This document shows positions 45,595-54,171 of a stretch of DNA of 64,000 nt, piece after piece. How positions within the stretch are numbered: the stretch's first letter is position 1; each line of letters begins with the position of its first letter. Under the pieces are notes generated by a model, which saw only the letters and a list, made by a program, of their open reading frames with translations, did no database searches and was not told the DNA's origin. Position numbers and translations under genes: made by a program. The stretch is from positions 7,307-71,306 of the forward strand of contig JAJFUK010000086.1 of assembly GCA_021372435.1 (NCBI GenBank), in the 5' to 3' direction. Origin of the DNA: Actinomycetes bacterium (GTDB lineage Bacteria; Actinomycetota; Thermoleophilia; RBG-16-64-13).

Positions 45595-45865
45595 GACGGC
45601 CACGCATGCCGTCGAGGCGGCCGAGTACCTTGTGCCCCATTGGGTCCGGGTACGGCGGGAGGACTTCGGGATCCTCTTCTACGACGCCCGGTCGGCCAGG
45701 CTGACGTTCGTCGCTTCGGGCGACAGCCTGGAGCCGCCGCCGTTCACGGGTACCCGGCGTGCGCTCCGTGTCGCCACGCTTGACGGAAGCCGACAGGCCG
45801 CCGTGGCGCGACTGCTCCAGGACCTCGTCAGGAGAGGTCTGATCATTGCCGTCGAGCCTGACTAG
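45581..45865 (+). CDS. mftB: mycofactocin chaperone (PqqD-like RRE protein)
   Basis: HWVRVRREDFGILFYDARSARLTFV matches the MftB W.L...V..R.E.FG.L.Y pattern. There is no ATG. GTG 45581 (overlapping the mftA end) or GTG 45632 are possible starts. Confidence 0.78.
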   Translation: MESTETATHAVEAAEYLVPHWVRVRREDFGILFYDARSARLTFVASGDSLEPPPFTGTRRALRVATLDGSRQAAVARLLQDLVRRGLIIAVEPD

Positions 45866-46874
45866 CACCCGCCTGCGCGCGCCGGTCAACGTCACGTGGG
45901 AGATCACCGGGGCCTGCAACCTGCGGTGCCGCCATTGCCTGTCGGCCGGGCTACGGACGCGCGGCCACGGTGAACTCGACCTTGCTCACTGTCGAGAACT
46001 CATCGACGAACTGGCCCGTATGCAGGTCTTTCAAGTGAACTTCGGGGGAGGGGAGCCGTTCTTGCGGGCCGACTTCCTCGACATCCTGCGCTGTGTCCAT
46101 GAACGAGGCATCACGGCCTGCGTCAGCACCAACGGGACGGTGCTGGACGACGCCCTAGTGGACGAGCTCCTGGCGATGGCGCCCGTCTATCTGCAGGTGA
46201 GTCTGGACGGGGCCCGAGCCGAGACCAATGACACCATCCGGGGAGATGGGACCTTCGAGCGCATCCTTGCCGGGATAGAGCTACTTTCCAGGCGGGGCTA
46301 TCCCGATCTCAGCCTCAATATGGTAGTGACCCGCCTCAACGTTTCCGAGATCGGTGAGTTCGACCGGCTTGCCCGCCACTACGGGGCCAAGACGCGATTA
46401 TCCCGGTTCCGTCCTTCGGGGAGGGCGTGTGGCGTCTGGGAGGACTATCGGCTGGACAGGGAGCAGCTTCTGCAGCTGTCGGCGTTCCTGGGAGACCACC
46501 CGGAGATCCTCACCGGTGACTCGTTCTTTGCTCTTACGCCCGACGGCCGGCGCGCGCTGGGCCTGAACATGTGTGGGGCGGCCAAGATGACCTGCGCCGT
46601 GGCGCCGGACGGCGGGGTGTATCCCTGCGCGTTCTTGTGTGCGCCTGAGTTTCTCGCCGGCAATGTGACCTCCGCGCCCCTTGGGCAGATCTTCGGCTCC
46701 TCACCGGTATTCGAGAGGTTCCGGACGCTCGAGGTAGAGATCTGTCGCGCCTGCGATCGTTTTTCCCTCTGTCACGGGGGATGTCCGGCGATAGCGTGTT
46801 TTCTTACCGAGTCGATGGATCTCCCCGACCCGGAGTGCCTGCGCGCGGTGGTGTCCGGGAAGGAGGTGGCGTAG
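45846..46874 (+). CDS. mftC: mycofactocin radical-SAM maturase
   Basis: TTG start. WEITGACNLRCRHC (CxxxCxxC), GGGEPF, and SPASM cysteines (CGAAKMTCAVAPDGGVYPCAFL, CRACDRFSLCHGGCPA). Confidence 0.92.
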   Translation: MPSSLTSTRLRAPVNVTWEITGACNLRCRHCLSAGLRTRGHGELDLAHCRELIDELARMQVFQVNFGGGEPFLRADFLDILRCVHERGITACVSTNGTVLDDALVDELLAMAPVYLQVSLDGARAETNDTIRGDGTFERILAGIELLSRRGYPDLSLNMVVTRLNVSEIGEFDRLARHYGAKTRLSRFRPSGRACGVWEDYRLDREQLLQLSAFLGDHPEILTGDSFFALTPDGRRALGLNMCGAAKMTCAVAPDGGVYPCAFLCAPEFLAGNVTSAPLGQIFGSSPVFERFRTLEVEICRACDRFSLCHGGCPAIACFLTESMDLPDPECLRAVVSGKEVA

Positions 46875-46877
46875 ACC

Positions 46878-48827
46878 ATGCAGTTCCCTCATCTGTTCAG
46901 CCCTCTGCGGATAGGCCGGGTGACCGTGCCGAACCGGATCTCGTTCTCGGCGCATCTGACGAATCTGTCGAAGGACGGACTTCCGACCGAGCGGCTCGTG
47001 AGCTACTTAGCCGCCCGCGCCCGGGGCGGCGCGGGCCTGATCATCACAGAGGAGCAGTCGGTGCACCCTACCGACCGTGCCTACGAGCACCTCATGGAAG
47101 CCTTCCGGCCGGAGATCATCCCGGGGTACAAGCGGCTTACGCGGGCGATCCATGCCTATGACACACGCATCTTCGCCCAGATCAACCACAACGGGCAGCA
47201 GTGCAGCGGGGTTTTGTCGCGGCTGCCGGTGTGGGCCCCGTCGGCCGTTCCCGACGTCATGTACCGGGAGACTCCCAAAGTCATGGAGCTCGAGGACATC
47301 CGGGAGGTCGTCGCTCATTTCGCGCTGGGGGCGATCCATGTCCGCGAAGGCGGATTCGACGGGGTGGAGCTCCAATTCGGCCACAGCTCCCTGGCCCGGC
47401 AGTTCATGTCGCCGCTTACGAACTTCCGCACCGATGAGTACGGAGGCGGGTTCGACAACCGCATGCGGTTCCCTCTGGAGGTGATCGCGGCGGTCCGTCA
47501 AGCGGTGGGTAGCGACTTCACCGTGGGCGTGCGCCTCTGCGCCGACGAGATGATCCCCGGAGGGCTGACGCTTGAAGACGCCAAGCAGATCGCGCAGCGG
47601 TTGGAGGCGACCGGGGAGCTCGACTACTTCAATCTCACTCTCGCGACGTTCTACAACCTCTACCTGGTCGGGGGGCCGATGCACCTGCCCTTGGGCTACG
47701 CCGTCCCCCTGGCCGCAGGCGTCAAGCAGGTGACGGCTCTGCCGGTGTTCACCGCCGGACGCATCAACGACCCGGCTTTGGCCGAGCGGATATTGGCTGA
47801 TGGACAGGCCGACATGATCGGTGTGGTGCGGGGCCAGATCGCCGACCCCGACTTCTCGAGCAAGGCCCGGGAGGGCCGCACCGACGAGATCCGCTACTGC
47901 ATCGCCTGTAATCAGAACTGCTACGGGCGCGTGGGCCTGAATCACACGATAGGATGCGTCCAGAACCCGGCGGTGGGTCACGAGGACACCGAGGGTGAGT
48001 GCCACCTCCGACCGACTCTGCGTAAGAAGCGGGTCATGGTGGTGGGTGGAGGCCCGGCCGGCATGTGGGCGGCCAAGATAGCCTCTCTCCGCGGGCACGA
48101 CGTCACGTTGTACGAAAAGTCCCAGGACCTGGGCGGCCAGGTCCTGCTGGCGGCGAAAGGAGCCGGACGCGACGAGTTTGGAGCGATAGCACGCAACGAG
48201 CGGAACCAGCTGGCCCGTCTTCGTGTGCCCGTGGAACTCGGCGTCGAGGTCACGCCGGAGTTCGTGCTCGACCGCGCCCCAGACGCGGTGATCGTGGCCA
48301 CCGGCTCGCGCCCCAAATCCTGTCCGGTGGCCGGAGCCGATGGGCCCAACGTCTTCAACGTATGGCAGGTGCTCGGCGGTGAGGCGCAACTCGGCGAGCG
48401 GGTGCTCCTCATCGACTACGACGGCCACCACCAGGCGACCGCCACAGCCGAGTTCATCGCCGACCTGGGGAAGACGGTGCACGTGGTCACCTCCGCGCTC
48501 TTCGTCGGTTCCGACCTGGGTCCATCGCAGGATCTCTACCTGTCACGCCAGAGGCTGCTCCAGAAAGGCGTCACCCTCACCGCCGATTTCGCGGTCATGG
48601 AGATCAAAGGCCTGGACGTCCATGGCTTCGACGTGTACTCGAACGTGTGGAGTGTCATCTCGGGCTACGACAGCATCGTGACCGCCATGGGCAATGATGC
48701 CTGCGACGGGCTCTATTTCGCGCTCAAAGGCAGGGTACCGGAGATTGTGCGGGTGGGAGACTGTGTCGCGCCCAGGAAGGTCGACATGGCCATCCTCGAA
48801 GGCTACAGGGCCGGGAAGCGCGTGTGA
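46878..48827 (+). CDS. FadH/OYE-family FMN + 4Fe-4S + FAD/NAD(P) oxidoreductase (2,4-dienoyl-CoA-reductase/TMADH architecture)
   Basis: 649 aa. OYE-like TIM barrel (RIGRVTVPNRI, INHNGQQ, GFDGVELQFGH), the CIACNQNCYGRV...C cluster motif, then VVGGGPAGMWAA Rossmann. A FadH/OYE family has been described as mycofactocin-associated (from memory, not checked). Confidence 0.88.
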   Translation: MQFPHLFSPLRIGRVTVPNRISFSAHLTNLSKDGLPTERLVSYLAARARGGAGLIITEEQSVHPTDRAYEHLMEAFRPEIIPGYKRLTRAIHAYDTRIFAQINHNGQQCSGVLSRLPVWAPSAVPDVMYRETPKVMELEDIREVVAHFALGAIHVREGGFDGVELQFGHSSLARQFMSPLTNFRTDEYGGGFDNRMRFPLEVIAAVRQAVGSDFTVGVRLCADEMIPGGLTLEDAKQIAQRLEATGELDYFNLTLATFYNLYLVGGPMHLPLGYAVPLAAGVKQVTALPVFTAGRINDPALAERILADGQADMIGVVRGQIADPDFSSKAREGRTDEIRYCIACNQNCYGRVGLNHTIGCVQNPAVGHEDTEGECHLRPTLRKKRVMVVGGGPAGMWAAKIASLRGHDVTLYEKSQDLGGQVLLAAKGAGRDEFGAIARNERNQLARLRVPVELGVEVTPEFVLDRAPDAVIVATGSRPKSCPVAGADGPNVFNVWQVLGGEAQLGERVLLIDYDGHHQATATAEFIADLGKTVHVVTSALFVGSDLGPSQDLYLSRQRLLQKGVTLTADFAVMEIKGLDVHGFDVYSNVWSVISGYDSIVTAMGNDACDGLYFALKGRVPEIVRVGDCVAPRKVDMAILEGYRAGKRV

Positions 48828-49909
48828 ACCGGGCCGCCGACAGGGAACAGAAGCGCGGCGTTGCCGCGGGCGGCGAGGCCGGCGACGGGGTGGAGACGGC
48901 GCCGGCCTCCGGAGGCCTCCTTGTACTTGTGGAACCGCCGGACGCCGAAGACGGGCCGGGCCGCTTTGTTCTTGCGGCCGAGGGGACTAGGTTGGCACGC
49001 TTACTCGAGGGGCCGCTCCACCTTGTCACGTGGCCCGAGGGCGCGGATCTCGATCTGGAGGCGCTCGCCACGGCGGCGGCCGGCCTGGCGGAGCGCACGC
49101 GGCCGGCGGCCGTGCTTTTGGCCGACACCGACACCGGCCGTCAGTTGGCGCCGATGATCGCGTGCCGGCTGGGTTCTGGGTGCGTGACTGCGTGCAGCGA
49201 CGTGCTGGTGCGGGATCCGGCTGCGCCGGCGGGCCGGGCAGGGCGGCCGGTCTGCATGACGCCCGGAAGGGAGAGGACCCTCGTGTTCGTAAAACCCGTC
49301 TACGGCGGCGGGCTGGAGCAGGAGATCGAACCTCTGCACGACACCATACCGGTCGTCGCCCTTGATCTTACCGGGATGGATGCCCCGGAGACCGGCGCGG
49401 CTGCCCTTCCGGTTGCTGGGGTCCTGCAGGTGGACGTTACCCCCACTCCTCGGGTTCCTCGGGTCCGGCGGCTCGAGATGATCCGACCAGACCCGCGTTC
49501 CGTGGACCTGGTCCACGCGCGACGGATCGTGACGGCGGGGGCGGGCAGCGCCGGGGATGCGCTTCTGGCCGCCGTGGGTGAACTTGCCGAACTTCTCGAG
49601 GGCTCGGTGGGGGCTACTCGACCGGTGGTGGACGATGGCCGCCTTCCCAAAGAACGGCTGATCGGACAGACGGGCCGTACCGTGGCCCCGGACCTCTATG
49701 TCGCTCTCGGCCTGTCCGGATCGCCTCACCACCTCGCGGGAGTGAAACGGGCGGAGCGCATCCTGGCCATCAACAAGGACGGAAGCGCTCCCATCTTCCA
49801 CTTCTCCGATGTGGGCTACGTAGCCGATCTGGAGATGGTGCTTCCTGCTTTGGTGAAGAAGATCAAGGAGTGGCGGGATGCCTCCGGCGGCCCCGACGAC
49901 TCTGGGTAG
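48824..49909 (+). CDS. fixB: electron transfer flavoprotein alpha subunit (FixB-like)
   Basis: GTGA overlap with the upstream stop. The C-terminal FAD domain reads GATRPVVDDGRLPKERLIGQTGRTVAPDLYVALGLSGSPHHLAG...ILAINKD. Confidence 0.88.
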   Translation: MNRAADREQKRGVAAGGEAGDGVETAPASGGLLVLVEPPDAEDGPGRFVLAAEGTRLARLLEGPLHLVTWPEGADLDLEALATAAAGLAERTRPAAVLLADTDTGRQLAPMIACRLGSGCVTACSDVLVRDPAAPAGRAGRPVCMTPGRERTLVFVKPVYGGGLEQEIEPLHDTIPVVALDLTGMDAPETGAAALPVAGVLQVDVTPTPRVPRVRRLEMIRPDPRSVDLVHARRIVTAGAGSAGDALLAAVGELAELLEGSVGATRPVVDDGRLPKERLIGQTGRTVAPDLYVALGLSGSPHHLAGVKRAERILAINKDGSAPIFHFSDVGYVADLEMVLPALVKKIKEWRDASGGPDDSG

Positions 49910-51242
49910 CGACCGCGGCGCCTTCGACGCCATCGTGGTAGGGGCGGGTCCGGCGGGCACGAGCGCGGCGCTTGCGCTTGCCCAGAAGGGGTTCAGGGTC
50001 CTCCTGCTGGAACGGGGCGACTACCCGGGGGCCAAGAACATGTTCGGCGGGATGATGGCTTACTGTCCTGCGCCGGAAGAGCTGGTTCCCGGCTTCTGGG
50101 AGCGGGCCCCGTGGGAGCGGGCGGTGACCAAGCGTGTACTGTCGGTCGTGGGCGGGGGCTCCAGCACGTCCCTGGTCTTCCAAGCCGCCTCTGACTCCGG
50201 CCGGCCGTCGGCGGGCGGTGGTTCCACCTCCGATCAAACGCTGACCGGGTTCACGCTCTTTCGTCCCCAGTTCGACCGCTGGTACGCGGAGCAGGCCGTC
50301 GCCCAGGGAGTGACCCTGCTCACCGGCTGTCGCGTGGAGGGACTCCTGCTGCATGACGGAGCGGTCTGGGGTGTGCGTATCGCCGGTGCTGAAGACGTAG
50401 TCGAAGCCCCTGTGGTCGTGGCCTGCGACGGGACGCTCTCGTTGGTGGCGCAGCAGGCCGGTCTGCACACAGGAGTGAGGGCAGAGCATGTGGCCCTAGG
50501 GGTTCGGGCCCTCTACGCGCTCAGCGAAGAAGGGATCGACGAACGGTTCGCACTCGACGGCCGGGAGGGCGCCACCTACGAATTCCTTGGCTGCACCGAG
50601 GGGATCCGGGGCGGGAGCTTCATGTATACGCAGACCGAGACGGTCTCCGTAGGTATGGTGCTCCACCTTGACTCGCTCAAAGCGCGCGGGGTGCCTCCCT
50701 ATGGACTCTTGGAGCGCTTCGTTGCATCCCCGCCGGCGGCCTCACTGCTCAGGGCAGCGCGTTTGGTCGAGTACTCGGCCCACCTCCTCCCGGAGGCGGG
50801 CACGCGCATGGTGCCTCGTCTGTCCGCAGCCGGACTGCTTGTCGCCGGAGACGCGGCCGGTCTCTGCTATACGAACGGCCTCATCCAGGAAGGGATGAAC
50901 CTGGCCATGACGTCCGGTCTGCTGGCCGGACGCGTGGCCGCCGAAGCCCTAGCGGAGGGCGATCTCAGCGCGCGTCGTCTGGCCCGGTACGCGGGTGAAT
51001 TGGAGCGGAGCTTTGTCCTCAAGGACATGAAGACCTTCGACCGGGCCGTCGACTTCATGCGCGAAGACCGGCTGTTCACCGTGTATCCGCGGGTCATCAG
51101 CGCGCTGATGGAAGACCTCTACCGTTCCGACGGCACGCCGAAGGAAAAGATAGGGCCGCTTGCCCGCCGCGCTCTCAAGGGCGAGTTGCCGGTGCGTGCC
51201 TTGATCGCCGATCTCTTCCGAGGAGGGAGGGGCTACCTGTGA
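49878..51242 (+). CDS. fixC: FAD-dependent ETF:quinone-type oxidoreductase (FixC-like)
   Basis: FDAIVVGAGPAGTSAALALAQKG, GAKNMFGG, and C-terminal AGDAAG. Confidence 0.88.
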   Translation: MPPAAPTTLGSDRGAFDAIVVGAGPAGTSAALALAQKGFRVLLLERGDYPGAKNMFGGMMAYCPAPEELVPGFWERAPWERAVTKRVLSVVGGGSSTSLVFQAASDSGRPSAGGGSTSDQTLTGFTLFRPQFDRWYAEQAVAQGVTLLTGCRVEGLLLHDGAVWGVRIAGAEDVVEAPVVVACDGTLSLVAQQAGLHTGVRAEHVALGVRALYALSEEGIDERFALDGREGATYEFLGCTEGIRGGSFMYTQTETVSVGMVLHLDSLKARGVPPYGLLERFVASPPAASLLRAARLVEYSAHLLPEAGTRMVPRLSAAGLLVAGDAAGLCYTNGLIQEGMNLAMTSGLLAGRVAAEALAEGDLSARRLARYAGELERSFVLKDMKTFDRAVDFMREDRLFTVYPRVISALMEDLYRSDGTPKEKIGPLARRALKGELPVRALIADLFRGGRGYL

Positions 51243-51514
51243 TAGTGGACGACCTGTTCGATCTGGTGAGCTACCGGATCCATCCCGAGGCGCACATCGT
51301 CGTCGATGCGGAGGGGTGTAAGGACTGCGCGCATCGGGCCTGTACCTTCTCCTGCCCGGCCCGCTGCTATACGTGGAGCGAGGAGAGAGCCCGGGTGGAG
51401 TTCGCCTATGAGGCCTGTCTCGAATGCGGTACCTGCCTGCTCGTGTGCGACCGGAAGGCCGTCGACTGGCACTATCCTCCCGGGGGATACGGTGTGCGCT
51501 TCCGGCTCACATAG
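51239..51514 (+). CDS. fixX: ferredoxin-like protein FixX
   Basis: 91 aa. Motifs: CKDCAHRACTFSCPARCY, CLECGTCLLVC, and a trailing HYPPGGYGV. Confidence 0.85.
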   Translation: MIVDDLFDLVSYRIHPEAHIVVDAEGCKDCAHRACTFSCPARCYTWSEERARVEFAYEACLECGTCLLVCDRKAVDWHYPPGGYGVRFRLT

Positions 51515-51523
51515 GAGCGCCCG

Positions 51524-52534
51524 ATGAGGATCCTGGTCCTTCTGGGAATCGGGGCAGACGTCCGCGTCTCTGTGGAGCGCGATCCACGCAGCGGGCGCGT
51601 ACGCGCCGAACGGCTCGTGCGCGAGATCGATCCGGACTGCGGTCGCGCACTGGATCTGGCTCTGCGCCTGAAGTGCGCCCACCCGGGAACGGAGCTGACG
51701 GCCCTGCACTTTGGGCCCCCGAGTGGGGAGTCCCGGCTTCGGCACGCTCTGGCCCAGGGTGTCGACCGGGCGGTGCGCATATGGGATGAAGAAGTCACCG
51801 GGGCGCGGGCGGCCGGCAAGGCAGTCATCCTGGCCGCGGCCGCCGAAGCGGCCGGCTTTGACCTGATCTTAGCCGGAGCGACCGGTGTCGTCGAAGCCGG
51901 CGGTCAGCTCGGCGTGTTGGTGGCGGCGCACCTGGGAGTCCCCTGCGTGACCCAGGTGGTCGATATGGCCGCTGCAGAGGGCCCGGATGCCTCGGCCGGG
52001 CGGCAAAGCCTGGAGATGATGCGCGGCCTGGATCGGGGCTTCCGCGAGCGGGTGCTGGTCTCGTTGCCGGTCGTCGCGACGGTGTCGTGTCTCGGGGCAG
52101 TCCCGGTGACCACGGCGAAGACGCTCGACACGACCCACGCGGCGGTGACCGCCCGTGCGCTTCTGGCGGTCCAAGATCAGGAGATCGCCACGTGGGACCT
52201 GGCCGATCTAGGCGTGCCGCTCGATGGGGTGCGACGTGCCGATGGGTCTCTCGTCTATGGGCGGCCGCGTCCCCGGCGTCCCCGGCTGCGCCCCCTTGCT
52301 GCTCCCGACCCGGCGCTTCCCGCGTTCGACCGTATCCTCAAGCTGATCGAGGGGTCCGTCAAACGGCGGGAAGGCCGCGTCGTCCGGCGCTCCGCGGACG
52401 CGATCGTCGACGAGATATTCAGGCTTCTCCATGATGAAGGCTGGCTGGATCACCTTCGTCCCGGCGCGCAGCGTGTCCGTCTTGCGGCCCCAGGCGACGA
52501 CCGGGAGACTCCTGAGCCCGGCGACGGCCGATGA
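51524..52534 (+). CDS. fixA: electron transfer flavoprotein beta subunit (FixA-like) with C-terminal extension
   Basis: MRILVLLG..., IDPDCGRALDLALRLK, LRHALAQGVDRAVRIWD, DLILAGATGV..GQLGVLVAAHLGVP. About 75 extra C-terminal residues include a Pro/Arg linker. Confidence 0.8.
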   Translation: MRILVLLGIGADVRVSVERDPRSGRVRAERLVREIDPDCGRALDLALRLKCAHPGTELTALHFGPPSGESRLRHALAQGVDRAVRIWDEEVTGARAAGKAVILAAAAEAAGFDLILAGATGVVEAGGQLGVLVAAHLGVPCVTQVVDMAAAEGPDASAGRQSLEMMRGLDRGFRERVLVSLPVVATVSCLGAVPVTTAKTLDTTHAAVTARALLAVQDQEIATWDLADLGVPLDGVRRADGSLVYGRPRPRRPRLRPLAAPDPALPAFDRILKLIEGSVKRREGRVVRRSADAIVDEIFRLLHDEGWLDHLRPGAQRVRLAAPGDDRETPEPGDGR

Positions 52535-53991
52535 TCCCTGTAGCCTATTGGCTGCGCGAATCGGTACGGATCGAGCCCGCCGGCGCCGGTCGCCGGCGCG
52601 TAGTGTCCGAAGCGCCCCTCACAGTCTTGACGATCAATCATGCCGCAGCGGAGCTCCTGGAAGTGACGCGCCGAGGCGCCTCGGTCGCCGACCTGGCCGC
52701 TGCGTTCGACGCGGACCAGGAACGGATCTTTCTGCTGTGCGAGCGCTTCCGTCGCCGCGGGATTCTCCAGGTCCGCCGGGCGCCGGTCGACGCCGGCTTT
52801 TCACCCACGGTGACCGTGATCGTTCCCACACAGGACCGCGTGGACGATCTGGACGATTGTCTCCAAGCTCTCAGCCGCCTGGACCATCCCCGCGACCGGC
52901 TCGAGGTGATCGTGGTGGACGACGGCTCGACGGATCCCTCGGCAGTCGCCGACGTCGTTGCTCGTCACGACGCCCGCCTTCTGACCAACGAGTGCAATCA
53001 CGGAGCTCCGTACTCCCGCAACCGGGCGGCCCGGGTGGCGGCGGGCGAGATACTGGCCTTCATCGACAGCGACTGCGTGCCCGGCCGTGGGTGGCTTGGG
53101 GAACTCATCCCCTACTTCTGCTGGGACAAGGTCGGAGCGGTGGGTGGCCGCACCGTCAACTATTACACCGGGTCGCGACTCGACCGGTACGAGGAGGTCT
53201 CGTCTCCGCTGGATATGGGCAAGGACCTGATCATCCAAGCGCGCGGGCAGAGCACCTTCTACGTGCCCACGTGCAACCTGCTCGTCCGCCGTTCCACGTA
53301 CGAGGATCTGGGGGGCCTACGAGAGGATCTGCTCGTGGGCGAAGATGTGGACTTCTGCTGGCGTCTGCGGGCGAACGGCCTCTATCTTGTGTATGCTCCG
53401 GAGGGTCTGGTGCGGCACAAGCACCGGGACCGGCTGGGCGCGATGCTACGGCGGCGGGCAGAGTACGGCACTTCCGAGGCGACCCTCTACTCGCTCCATC
53501 GCGACAAGCGCAAACGCTTTCCGGTATCCCCCGCTCCGGCGGCCACTGTGGGCCTTTTCTCTACGGCACTGCTTACACGTAAGGTGCAGTTGCTCCTGCC
53601 CTGCCTGCTCCCTCCGTTGGCGGACTGCGTCCGCCGCGGCCTGAAACTTCGCAGGGAGGCGATCGGAGCCCCGGCTCGAGCGGTTTGTGTTTCGGTGGCG
53701 CGCGGTCATCTTTCCATGGTCTACTTCGTCTTCTTTCACCTCGTTCGATACTACTTGGCGCCTCTGGCTGCCGCCGGCCTGTTTGTTCCTGGGATCCGGC
53801 TACTGGCCGCCACTGCCGTCCTTTACTCGGGAGGGGTCGATTACGTCACTCGAAGACCTCGGATGACCTACCCTGTGTACCTCGCGTACTACGTGGCAGA
53901 GCACGCCGCCTATCAGGCGGGCGTCATGGCGGGCTGCGTGCGGTCAAGGACCTTTCGCTGCTACCTCCTTGGGCGCAGCGGGACGAGATAG
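52531..53991 (+). CDS. mftF: mycofactocin-system glycosyltransferase candidate (GT2 with N-terminal extra domain and C-terminal TM region)
   Basis: 486 aa. GT2 core (VTVIVPTQDR, VIVVDDGSTD, FIDSDCVP, VGEDVDFCWR) preceded by a ~95-aa domain and followed by hydrophobic helices, the size and layout of MftF. Last gene of the mft operon. The assignment is context-based. Confidence 0.72.
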   Translation: MIPVAYWLRESVRIEPAGAGRRRVVSEAPLTVLTINHAAAELLEVTRRGASVADLAAAFDADQERIFLLCERFRRRGILQVRRAPVDAGFSPTVTVIVPTQDRVDDLDDCLQALSRLDHPRDRLEVIVVDDGSTDPSAVADVVARHDARLLTNECNHGAPYSRNRAARVAAGEILAFIDSDCVPGRGWLGELIPYFCWDKVGAVGGRTVNYYTGSRLDRYEEVSSPLDMGKDLIIQARGQSTFYVPTCNLLVRRSTYEDLGGLREDLLVGEDVDFCWRLRANGLYLVYAPEGLVRHKHRDRLGAMLRRRAEYGTSEATLYSLHRDKRKRFPVSPAPAATVGLFSTALLTRKVQLLLPCLLPPLADCVRRGLKLRREAIGAPARAVCVSVARGHLSMVYFVFFHLVRYYLAPLAAAGLFVPGIRLLAATAVLYSGGVDYVTRRPRMTYPVYLAYYVAEHAAYQAGVMAGCVRSRTFRCYLLGRSGTR

Positions 53992-54171
53992 ACCGCCCCG
54001 GCCGGCCGGAAACGAGTTCTCGGCCTGCACATGAAGGGCGCCGCCCGTATTATGCCGTCGCGCGTGGTGCAGTCTGTGGGCCGGAGGCGTGCGCGATCGT
54101 GACGTACGTCGTATCGGTGATAAGGGCGATGACGCTCGGAGTCTGGCGCCCACCGGTCGAGCCGCCTGCCT

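Noticed and set aside
47007-48482. 491-aa minus-strand ORF
   Set aside because: It is antisense to the FadH/OYE oxidoreductase (clear FMN barrel, Fe-S and Rossmann motifs on the + strand). This is a shadow ORF.
52431-53582. 383-aa + strand ORF overlapping the mftF region in another frame
   Set aside because: Its product is extremely Arg/Pro/Gly/Ser-rich. The 52531..53991 frame carries GT2 motifs (VVDDGSTD, DSDC, EDVDFCWR).
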